A stretch of 42,634 nt of DNA from Bdellovibrionota bacterium (GTDB taxonomy: Bacteria > JAGRBM01), in contig JBFLVN010000002.1 of the NCBI GenBank assembly GCA_040758475.1, positions 1 to 42,634 of the forward strand, in the 5' to 3' direction. Of the stretch, positions 7,506 to 15,244 are shown piece by piece; position 1 is the stretch's first letter; each line of letters starts with the position of its first letter. Made by a program: the position numbers and the translations under genes. A model generated the notes under the pieces. It searched no databases and had not been told where the DNA came from. It saw only the letters and a program-made list of their open reading frames with translations.

Positions 7506-8711
7506 ATGAAAGCCCGTTTCGTCCGCTTGGCGCTTTTCCTGGCTGCGCTCCTTTCGTCCGCTTCCGTGGCGAAGGCGCAGGAAGACGTCGCCACCGTCAC
7601 CGTCGAAGGATTCGAAGCGATCATCGGTGACAATCAGCAGATCGCCCGGGACAAGGCGATCGAACAAGCGCTTCGCAGCGCCGTCGAGCAGGTGGCCGGT
7701 ACGATCGTCTCCAGCCAGACGCTCGTCGAGAACTTCCAGCTCGTAAACGACAGCATCTACGCCAAGTCCCGCGGCTTCGTGAAGAGCCACAAGGTCCTCT
7801 CCGAAGGCGCGCCCGGGGATGGCACCTACAAAGTCACCGTCCAGGTCACGGTCGCCAAGGCCATGCTGCAGGAGTCCCTCAAGGATTTGGTCGAAGGGAC
7901 CATGCAGGTTACCAACAAGCCCCGCACCCTTTTTATGATCGCCGAACAACAGTACGGCGATACGGTCTACCACGCGTGGTGGACGTACTTGGAAGGGGTT
8001 AAGATGGGGGGGCACGCCGAATCCTTCGATCTAAATACCGTCGAGAACTCTTTCCTCGAAATTTTCACGAACAATTCTTTCCCCGTCGTGGACATCGCCA
8101 CGGCCAGCAAGAACATCAAAGTATCGAACGCCTTCGGGGTTGTGGATCTGACCGACAAGGCGGTGCGGGACTTGGGCAACCAGATGGCCGCCGAGATGGT
8201 TATTTACGGAAAGGCCTTCACCAAGAAGGGCCAGCAGATCCTCAATTCGCCCATGTATTCCTATTCAGCGAACATCTCTATCAAGGTGGTCAACACCGAT
8301 ACGGGCCGGGTCGTGACGAGCGCCGCTGAGTCAGTGACGATTCCCCATTCAATTCCGGAAGTGGGGACGACCGAGGCCATGAAACAGTGTGCCAAGAAGG
8401 TGGCCGACCTGATCATGCCCAAGATGATCACGACCATTGCGCAGAACAAGAGCGTCGAACTCCAGGTGACCTACGGCCGGTACAACGACCTTGCCAAGTT
8501 CAAGCAGGCCTTGAAGGAAGACATCCGCTCCGTCCAGGCGATCCACCAGCGGGCGGCCGCCAAGGGTTCCACCACGCTCGAACTCGATCTGAAGACCGGC
8601 ACGGCCCAGAGCATCGCCGATGAGATCGCCGTCCGGGAATTCAAGGAATTCCTGGTCGAGGTGGAGGAAGTCACCCAGAATACGATCAAGATTTCCCTGG
8701 TGAAAAAGTAA
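7506..8711 (+). CDS. Secreted FlgT-like protein (LPP20/FlgT-N-like domain plus TolB-N/CsgG-like alpha/beta domain plus C-terminal domain)
   Basis: Trimmed to ATG 7506 with GGGGGAGG RBS; signal peptide LFLAALLSSASVAKA|QE. The N-domain VTVEGFEAIIGDNQQIARDKAIEQALRSAVEQVAGTIVSSQTLVENFQLVNDSIYAKSRGFVKSHKVL..GTYKVTVQVTV has the FlgT-N/LPP20 pattern. The middle region is PRTLFMIAEQQ...FPVVD...AAEMVIYGKA. Confidence 0.6.
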   Translation: MKARFVRLALFLAALLSSASVAKAQEDVATVTVEGFEAIIGDNQQIARDKAIEQALRSAVEQVAGTIVSSQTLVENFQLVNDSIYAKSRGFVKSHKVLSEGAPGDGTYKVTVQVTVAKAMLQESLKDLVEGTMQVTNKPRTLFMIAEQQYGDTVYHAWWTYLEGVKMGGHAESFDLNTVENSFLEIFTNNSFPVVDIATASKNIKVSNAFGVVDLTDKAVRDLGNQMAAEMVIYGKAFTKKGQQILNSPMYSYSANISIKVVNTDTGRVVTSAAESVTIPHSIPEVGTTEAMKQCAKKVADLIMPKMITTIAQNKSVELQVTYGRYNDLAKFKQALKEDIRSVQAIHQRAAAKGSTTLELDLKTGTAQSIADEIAVREFKEFLVEVEEVTQNTIKISLVKK

Positions 8712-8787
8712 GAAACGTCGACTACAAACCCTCCGGCCCCGAAAGCCGGGGGGGGAGAAATTGGAAAGCGAAAGGGGTTTTAGGAAC

Positions 8788-9726
8788 ATGACGAAGATGG
8801 CCGGGAAAGCATGGTTTGTGGTTCTAGTGTTGGCAGTTGGTTTAAGCGGATGCCCTAAACCAACGCCGCCGCCGGACCCGCTCCAGAACAAGACCTACAC
8901 CCTCGAATACAAGGGCCCCAAGAAGCGGGTCGGCATCGTCAAGTTCGACAACAAGGCGAGCTACGCCAAGAAAAAGCGCGTGGGCGAAGCCATCGTGGAC
9001 ATCGTGACCACGGAACTCGCCAAGACCAAGGCGTTCATCGTCGTGGAACGCGCGGAATTGGACAAAGTCCTCCAGGAACAGGCCTTGGGGCAGTCGGGTG
9101 CCGTAAATCCGGCAACGGCCGCCAAGGCGGGCCGCGTGCTCGGCCTCCAGTCGCTCCTCATCGGTACGATCAGCGAGTTCGGCGTGACCCCTTCCGCCAC
9201 CGATCTCGTTCTCTTCAAGCAGAAGAAGCAGGAAGCCAAGGCGACCGTGGACGTGCGGCTCATCGACGCAACCACGGGCCAGATCCTTTATGCGGATTCG
9301 GGTAGTGGAGCGGGAAGCGTTACTTATAGAGAATTTCTCGGCATGGGTGCCAAGGGTGGTTACGACGAGAGTCTCGAACAATTCGCCGTTCGTAGCGCAG
9401 TCGTCCAGTTCATGCAGAACCTCATCAACCAGCTCGGCAAGACCGAGTGGTACGGCAAGGTCGTCAAGGCCAACGCCGGCGAGGGGACGGCCATCGTGAA
9501 CGCGGGCCAGGAAACGGGCCTCAACGTCGGCGACAAGATCGTCGTGAACACGCTGGGCGAGACCCTCACGGACCCTGACACGGGCATGGAATTAGGGCAG
9601 GAGTTAGGCCCCGTGGTGGGCGAACTCGAAGTCGTGAGCTTCTTCGGCCGCGACGCCGCCAAGTGCAAGATCGTAAGCGGCCGGAGCACCATCCAGGCCG
9701 GCCAGCAGGTGAGCCTCAAGAAGTAA
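8788..9726 (+). CDS. CsgG/HfaB-family outer-membrane lipoprotein with an extra C-terminal beta-rich domain
   Basis: Lipobox is LVLAVGLSGC. The CsgG-family core is RVGIVKFDNKA...GEAIVDIVTTELAKTKAFIVVERAELDKVLQEQALGQSG...AKAGRVLGLQSLLIGTISEFG. The C-terminal ~90 aa (WYGKVVKANAGEGTAIVNAGQETGLNVGDKIVV...VSLKK) is additional. Alternative start at ATG 8797. Confidence 0.85.
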   Translation: MTKMAGKAWFVVLVLAVGLSGCPKPTPPPDPLQNKTYTLEYKGPKKRVGIVKFDNKASYAKKKRVGEAIVDIVTTELAKTKAFIVVERAELDKVLQEQALGQSGAVNPATAAKAGRVLGLQSLLIGTISEFGVTPSATDLVLFKQKKQEAKATVDVRLIDATTGQILYADSGSGAGSVTYREFLGMGAKGGYDESLEQFAVRSAVVQFMQNLINQLGKTEWYGKVVKANAGEGTAIVNAGQETGLNVGDKIVVNTLGETLTDPDTGMELGQELGPVVGELEVVSFFGRDAAKCKIVSGRSTIQAGQQVSLKK

Positions 9727-9760
9727 TTTCCTCGGGCCAGGGATAGACAGGAGTGTTGAC

Positions 9761-10096
9761 ATGAAATCGTTTCGCCTGATTTCCGCTTCCTTGGTAATTG
9801 TGGCCCTCCTCGTGGGAGCCGGATGCGCCAGCCGTTCCGTCACGGGTGTTGGCAACGAAGGATTCGTCGTTTTCAGCGTCGAGCCCGACGACGCCGAACT
9901 CTGGGTGGACGGCGTGAAGGCGGGGCTCGTCAAGGACTACAACGGGAGCCGCGGGGTCCTTCAGCTGACGAGCGGCACCCACAAGATCGAGATCAAGAAG
10001 GAAGGCTACCAGTCCCACCGCAAGGAAGTTTTTGCCGGGGCCGGAGCCAAGCAGACCATTAGCGTCCGCCTTACGCCGGTTGCGCCGGCGCAGTAA
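9761..10096 (+). CDS. PEGA-domain lipoprotein
   Basis: GGAG RBS; signal/lipobox ASLVIVALLVGAGC. The PEGA pattern is FVVFSVEPDDAELWVDGVKAGLV...LQLTSGTHKIEIKKEGYQSHRKEV. Confidence 0.8.
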   Translation: MKSFRLISASLVIVALLVGAGCASRSVTGVGNEGFVVFSVEPDDAELWVDGVKAGLVKDYNGSRGVLQLTSGTHKIEIKKEGYQSHRKEVFAGAGAKQTISVRLTPVAPAQ

Positions 10097-10132
10097 CGGC
10101 GGGACTGGATCGGAAGAAGCGGGGAGGGACGC

Positions 10133-10960
10133 GTGAGCAAGCGGCGGCGGACAGCGGCGGTTGTGGCGGTCCTCGTCTTGCTGGCGGGCGCGGCACCCTC
10201 CTTCGCCGACCCAGCTCCTTCCGGAACGGGCGTCGTTACACGCCTCGAAGGAACGGCTTTCTGGTCCCTTTCCCAGGAAAAAGATTGGAAACCCCTCAAG
10301 CTCAAGGATACGGTGATCGAGGGGCGCTACATCCGGACGGAATCCAATTCCCGGATGGAAGTGACTCTCCCCGACGGCGGGGCCGTGCGCGTGGCGCCGG
10401 GAACGACGCTCTATCTCTCGAAACTTCTCTTCCCCAAAGACAAGAGTTCCAAGCAATTCGAGGCCAAGCTCTTTGTGGGGCGCCTCTGGGCCAAGGTCCA
10501 GGCGGTGACGGGCGGCGATTCCTTCTTCAAGGTCCGCACCGGTAATGCCGTCGCGGGCGTCCGCGGCACGGCCTTCCAGGTGAACTACGGCGGCCAGGAC
10601 GCCACTTTCAAGTGCTACGAAGGAAAGGTGGCCGTGCAGGCCGCGATGCAGGGTGGAACATCCCAGGTTCCCGGCGGACGGTACGAAGTTCCAGGACCCC
10701 AGCAGGTTCCGGGACCCCGCGAAGTTACGGTGGAAGAATGGACCCGCATCGTGAGCAGCTGGCAGTACGTAAGCGTTAACGCCCAGGGCGTCCCTTCCGA
10801 ACCCAAGGACATCGATCCCGCGGCCGATGCGTCGGATTCCTTCAGCATGTGGAACCGGGAACTCGACAACATCGCGTTGCCCGAGGCGGAAGAGAAGAAA
10901 TCAGATGATACCCCGGTGCCTCCGGCTCCGGAAGCTCCACCGGCCGAACCGGCCAAGTAA
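10133..10960 (+). CDS. Periplasmic FecR-domain protein with Pro-rich C-terminal tail (paralog 1)
   Basis: GTG start with GGGGAGGG RBS; signal peptide VAVLVLLAGAAPSFA|DP. The FecR-like core is VVTRLEGTAFWS..WKPLKLKDTVIEGRYIRTESNSRMEVTLPDGGAVRVAPGTTLYL...VRTGNAVAGVRGTAFQV. The tail is TPVPPAPEAPPAEPAK. Confidence 0.85.
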   Translation: MSKRRRTAAVVAVLVLLAGAAPSFADPAPSGTGVVTRLEGTAFWSLSQEKDWKPLKLKDTVIEGRYIRTESNSRMEVTLPDGGAVRVAPGTTLYLSKLLFPKDKSSKQFEAKLFVGRLWAKVQAVTGGDSFFKVRTGNAVAGVRGTAFQVNYGGQDATFKCYEGKVAVQAAMQGGTSQVPGGRYEVPGPQQVPGPREVTVEEWTRIVSSWQYVSVNAQGVPSEPKDIDPAADASDSFSMWNRELDNIALPEAEEKKSDDTPVPPAPEAPPAEPAK

Positions 10961-10996
10961 TCCAGCCGCGCCCAGGGGCGCCATCCCGAGGAACCC

Positions 10997-13900
10997 GTGA
11001 GCACCCCTCCGGAGAGCGCGGGTCGTCCAAGCCAAAAGACGAAACGATGGGTGCGTCTCCTGGTCTGGTCCCTTGCCGGAGGAGGGGCCGTCCTGGCGGC
11101 GCTGCTCGCATACCTCGTTTTCTCCTTCCCTTCCGAATGGGCCCGCGTCGAACTCGAGAAAAGGCTCTCGAAAACCCTTGGCGCCCGCGTGACGGTGGGG
11201 CATTTGGGGATCGACCTCCTGCACGGCCTGGAGGCCCGCGAGATTCGCGTCGCCCCGGAAAGCGAAGCCGCCTCCTGGTTTTCCCTCAAAAGCCTCATTC
11301 TGGAAGTTGAATTTTTTCCACTCTTGCGCGGTGAAGTCATTGTACGGGCCTTGCGATTAGAAGATTTGGACCTTCTTCTTGAAAAAGATTCCTCTGGCAA
11401 ATGGAATTGGGTTTTTCTAAATCCCGCTGAAAAGCCGGCCGCTACGCCAGAGCCCGCCGCCGCCACGCCGCCGGGACCCCTCGACCTCAAAGTCCGGATC
11501 GAAGAATTCGAAATCGCGCGGGCGAACTTCCACCTGCGGACGCCGGATTTCGCCCTGGATGCGGGCCCTTTCTGGCTTTCCGCCCAAGGCTCCCTCGAAA
11601 AAGACGGCCGGATCGACGCCAAGCTCTCCGCCCGGCGGGACGACGGAACCGCCGTCGCCGCTTCCTGGGATTTGGCCAAATCCAAAAACAACGCGAGCAT
11701 GGGTCTTGAGGGGGAGCTTTCCGCTTTCCTCGAAAAAGGCGATTTGGCGAACGCCCGTTTGACGTGGGATTTGAGCCCGCTCGCTCTTTCATCGGCGGGG
11801 CGGGAAGAGGAATTTTCGGAAGGGGCACGGATCGAATTGGAAGCGAGCGCCTCGCTCGCTTCGGCGAAGGGACAAGTTGGGCGCTTGAGTGTTGCCATTC
11901 CGGAAACTTTGAGCCTGGCGGCCTCCGCCTCTGCCGATTGGAGCGGACCCCTCAAAGCGGAAGTGCGTCTTTCCGAGCTGGAGCTTCTGCTTTCCGGCGC
12001 CTTGCGGCGAGCCCGGATTTTCATGGAAAAACCACCCCGTGTGGAGGGAACTCTTTCTCTCAAAGACCTCCTCGTTCAGGTTCAGCCGGAAGGGGCGAGC
12101 TCATCCACGCGGATTTCTGGTGGCATCGGATTTTCCGAAGGAGCCTTTGAGGCCAGCGGTGCCGTCATGGAAGGGCTTACCGCGAGCCTAAGCGCTTCCG
12201 ATCTGCGCTTGGGGGCCGGTGGCCTTCCCGAGGGCGGAGCGGTGCGGGGGGAGATCGGCTGGAAGGCTTTCGCCCGGGGCGCAGCCCTCGCCGTTTCCGG
12301 TGCTTCGTTCACGGCCGATGCGAAGGCCGAAGATGGGAAGACCCAAATCGCTTTGGACGGGAAGGCAGGTCTTGCCCTTTCAGCGGGAAGTGTCCGTTAC
12401 GATGGCCCTTTGTCCCTTTCGGCCGCGGGCCGTCTCGATTCCAAAGGAAAGCGCTTTGATCTTTCATCGGCCACTGCGGGGGTTAAAGCCCTTTCCCTCT
12501 CGGCCAGTGGATCATTTCCCTTGGAATCTGCTTCGGGTGATTTTCGTGCCAAGGCCGATGCGAACGTGGATGTTCCGGCGTTTCTCGAATCCTGGCTCCG
12601 GGTAGGCGGGACGCCTTCGGCGCTCGAAGTGGCTGGACTTGCGGGGAACGTGAAGCTCTCCGTTCGGGCGGACCGAAAAGGTAAAGAGCCTCTTTCGGGT
12701 GAAGCCGGCCTCTCCGCAAATCTTTTTACCGGGTCGAGCGGTTCTTTTTCCCTGAGCGAGGGGGTTTTCCATTTAGCGGCCAAGACCCGGCACCGGAAAG
12801 ATTTTTCGATGGAAACCGCCTCCGCCAAGGGTGAAGCGAGCGCCGCTTGGGTGGGCACTGGCGGGCGAGGAGCCAGGGACGCGCGCCTGGAATTGAATGC
12901 GGATATTTCGGGCAAGCCCTCGGAACAGGTCCTGGAGGCGAAGGCCGATCTTCGCGTCCGGAAACTTGAAGTGGACGACCCGAAAGCCAAGGCCCGGCTC
13001 GCCGAGGCGCCGCCGCTCCATCTCACCGCCCAGGCTTCGACCCAGCTTCAGAGTCTGGCCACAAACGTGAGTGCTTCTCTTGGACTGGGAGAATCAATCG
13101 GCTTGCGGGTCGCCGGAAATCTCTGGCCCAAGGAAGAACGGCTCGACCTCCAGGCCCGAAGTGCAGGGGATTGGGCGCTCTCTGAAATCCTGGCGATTCT
13201 GCCGACCTCAGTGCGCGCGCCACTTCGAGGCGGAACGGCGGGCGGAGTCCTCTCGTGGAATGCCCGCGCTTCCGGCCGGTATGCGAAAAAAGAAAAACAG
13301 GGATTCCCTCTCGACCTTCGAGGAAATGTGAATTGGCGGGGCGTCGATTTCTCCCTCGTCACCTCGGATATTTCGGTTTCCGGCCTTTCGGGAGAAGTCC
13401 GAATTCGTCCTGGAGAGGGGCGGCAGGGCGTGGAAGCCGCCGGGCATCTGCAAGCGGATTCGTCCCGTATTCCCGCGTTCCGTTCCGAAAAATTGGGACC
13501 TACAGTGGCGAGCTTTCGCGCCAAGACGGAAGATTTTTCCGAGTTTCAGATCGAGGAGTTATTTCTCTACAGCGACGCCTTGAAAACAGCCATCAAGGCG
13601 GGCGCGGAGATTCGGCCCGCGGCGAGTCCGCCGACTCTCTCCGTGCGGGCCAACGTCGTTCTTGGAACCCCGAAGCGATGGACCGTACGTCCCGGGATGG
13701 AACTGGCGGGAACTTTGAACCTCGCCCTTTCGGGGGAACGCGTGGGGGAGGGGCCCCTGCGCGTCCGGGGTGAGGCGGGCTTTTCGGATTTTTCAGCGTG
13801 GCTTGGGAAGAACGTCACCGTAGAAGGTGTCAGCGGCAAGCTGCCGCTCGTAACCGACCTCTCCCTGAGGGGTGCGCCACTTCTTTCGTACGAACCCCTG

Positions 13901-14614
13901 GTGGGCGCTGAAACTTCCTCCGGACCACTTCGTTCGGTCCTTTACCGCGATTTTCTGGCTCTCGACCCTCCCCCGGAAGAGCCGGGGCTGCGAATCGGCC
14001 GGATCGAAGCGGCCCGGATGGTCCTCTCGAAAGTCCACCTCGACGGCCGCCTGGAAGGGGCCGACGTCGCGGTGGACAATCTGAGCGCGGCCTTTTTGGA
14101 CGGGAGCGTGAGCGGAAACGCGCGGGTTCATCTCGAAAAGCCACTCTATGCTCAGGTTTCGCTGGGAGCCCGGGACTTGGATTTCCGCAGAATCATCCCG
14201 GCGGGACGTTTGGCAGGTTATTCGCGCAAGGACGTCGCTTCTTATCTCGTCAACGGCGACGTGAACGCCAAAGTATTTTTCGCTCCTTTGGACCTTCAGG
14301 GAGAAGTGGAACTCACCCGCGTGGGGAGGGAAGTCGTCTATGCGATCCTCGATTGGGTCGATCCCCAGCGGGCGAATGCCGGCATTACGAATGTCCGGCA
14401 GAAACTTGAGAAATACGCAGTGATTGGCCCCAAGATCGTTTCATTCAAGGCTGAGCACGGAAATGCAGACCTCAGCATTTTTATGCGAGAACAGGCTAAA
14501 GCTAGCCAATTGCACCTTTTGCTGGGTTATTGCGTTGTTACCAGGGGTTGCCAACTGGAATACACCATCCCGCGAATCGCCTTGAAATCGCTTTTGGGGG
14601 TCTATCTAAAATGA
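10997..14614 (+). CDS. AsmA-like / YdbH-like large envelope protein (N-terminal membrane anchor, about 1150 aa predicted beta-rich)
   Basis: GTG start after GAGGAA; single N-terminal TM helix WVRLLVWSLAGGGAVLAALLAYLVFSF. The body is long, repetitive and Ala/Gly/Ser/Leu-rich, as in AsmA-family groove proteins. Its stop overlaps the start of a DUF1318/YdbL-like gene (ATGA), mirroring E. coli ydbH-ynbE-ydbL. Confidence 0.6.
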   Translation: MSTPPESAGRPSQKTKRWVRLLVWSLAGGGAVLAALLAYLVFSFPSEWARVELEKRLSKTLGARVTVGHLGIDLLHGLEAREIRVAPESEAASWFSLKSLILEVEFFPLLRGEVIVRALRLEDLDLLLEKDSSGKWNWVFLNPAEKPAATPEPAAATPPGPLDLKVRIEEFEIARANFHLRTPDFALDAGPFWLSAQGSLEKDGRIDAKLSARRDDGTAVAASWDLAKSKNNASMGLEGELSAFLEKGDLANARLTWDLSPLALSSAGREEEFSEGARIELEASASLASAKGQVGRLSVAIPETLSLAASASADWSGPLKAEVRLSELELLLSGALRRARIFMEKPPRVEGTLSLKDLLVQVQPEGASSSTRISGGIGFSEGAFEASGAVMEGLTASLSASDLRLGAGGLPEGGAVRGEIGWKAFARGAALAVSGASFTADAKAEDGKTQIALDGKAGLALSAGSVRYDGPLSLSAAGRLDSKGKRFDLSSATAGVKALSLSASGSFPLESASGDFRAKADANVDVPAFLESWLRVGGTPSALEVAGLAGNVKLSVRADRKGKEPLSGEAGLSANLFTGSSGSFSLSEGVFHLAAKTRHRKDFSMETASAKGEASAAWVGTGGRGARDARLELNADISGKPSEQVLEAKADLRVRKLEVDDPKAKARLAEAPPLHLTAQASTQLQSLATNVSASLGLGESIGLRVAGNLWPKEERLDLQARSAGDWALSEILAILPTSVRAPLRGGTAGGVLSWNARASGRYAKKEKQGFPLDLRGNVNWRGVDFSLVTSDISVSGLSGEVRIRPGEGRQGVEAAGHLQADSSRIPAFRSEKLGPTVASFRAKTEDFSEFQIEELFLYSDALKTAIKAGAEIRPAASPPTLSVRANVVLGTPKRWTVRPGMELAGTLNLALSGERVGEGPLRVRGEAGFSDFSAWLGKNVTVEGVSGKLPLVTDLSLRGAPLLSYEPLVGAETSSGPLRSVLYRDFLALDPPPEEPGLRIGRIEAARMVLSKVHLDGRLEGADVAVDNLSAAFLDGSVSGNARVHLEKPLYAQVSLGARDLDFRRIIPAGRLAGYSRKDVASYLVNGDVNAKVFFAPLDLQGEVELTRVGREVVYAILDWVDPQRANAGITNVRQKLEKYAVIGPKIVSFKAEHGNADLSIFMREQAKASQLHLLLGYCVVTRGCQLEYTIPRIALKSLLGVYLK

Positions 14615-15243
14615 GCCGTTTGTGTGTGTCATTTGCTCTCTTCTTTGCCATCTGTTTTGCGGCGTGCAGTTTCAAGATACCAACCCCTCTGATCATCGAC
14701 AGCAAGACGGCCCTCGAAGCGCAGGTGGTGGGTGAATACGAGCCCCTGGCGGACGATCTTCTTTTGCTCGCCTCTCTTCCTGGTGTCGCGCGGCGGGCGG
14801 CGGAGGGCGTTTCGGAAGTAAAGGAAGAAGGGGAAGAGGGCAAACGCCTCCGGGATGCCCAGGCCCGGCTTCTCCAGGCCCTGCGCTCCCAGGAATACAA
14901 CCGGGACGATCTTTCCCGTTTCCGGCGCGAAGGATGGATGGGCGAGTCAGCGTCCGGGCGCATTCACGTTTTTGAGGACCGGCTCGCGGGACTCGATCTT
15001 CCGACCCGCGAACGGGTGCGCGTGCTCACGGAAGAGGAAAACCGGGACCGTGAGGGGATCGTAGTTGCGGTCATCGAAATCGCTCCAGATCTTGGACCGG
15101 AAGACAAACCCGAACTCGAACAGGTTTTTGCCCGCCAGTACATCGGGCGGGCCGAAGCGGGCGCGTGGGTGGAACAACCCGCAGGCCAATGGCATCAGCT
15201 CTCTGTTGGCGATGAAGGCGGGAACAAGGGCGAAGGAAAGTAG
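14611..15243 (+). CDS. Lipoprotein with YdbL-like (DUF1318) C-terminal domain
   Basis: Trimmed to ATG 14611, which overlaps the upstream stop as ATGA. Lipobox is FFAICFAAC. The DUF1318-like pattern is REGWMGESASGRIHV...LTEEENRDREGIVVAVIE...AEAGAWVEQPAGQWHQL. Confidence 0.6.
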   Translation: MSRLCVSFALFFAICFAACSFKIPTPLIIDSKTALEAQVVGEYEPLADDLLLLASLPGVARRAAEGVSEVKEEGEEGKRLRDAQARLLQALRSQEYNRDDLSRFRREGWMGESASGRIHVFEDRLAGLDLPTRERVRVLTEEENRDREGIVVAVIEIAPDLGPEDKPELEQVFARQYIGRAEAGAWVEQPAGQWHQLSVGDEGGNKGEGK

Positions 15244-15244
15244 A

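Noticed and set aside
8729-8753. Hairpin CCCTCCGGC/GCCGGGGGG between the FlgT-like and CsgG-like genes
   Set aside because: No T-tract follows it (GAGAAATTGG), so it is not called an intrinsic terminator. It may be an mRNA-stability or processing element, but there is no support for that from sequence alone.
8788-9726. Interpretation as a curli (type VIII secretion) locus
   Set aside because: No CsgA/CsgB-like Gln/Asn-rich repeat subunits and no CsgE/CsgF-like small proteins are encoded anywhere in the window. Only the CsgG-family channel component is present.
10615-12063. 482-aa minus-strand ORF, with similar antisense ORFs at 39506..40822, 40849..41739, 35605..36438 and 20300..21103
   Set aside because: All are antisense to genes with strong family signatures (FecR/AsmA-like, DAG-kinase-like, MTAP, C-N hydrolase, giant TPR protein). 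All have Arg/Pro/Gly/Ser-rich translations typical of GC-rich shadow ORFs.
15065-15244. Upstream extensions of track ORFs (also 1519-1680, 14530-14610, 23215-23289, 28415-28663, 37535-37726, 35561-35836)
   Set aside because: The extensions overlap the preceding gene or lack an RBS. Internal starts give canonical signal peptides, lipoboxes or conserved N-termini with Shine-Dalgarno sequences at proper spacing.
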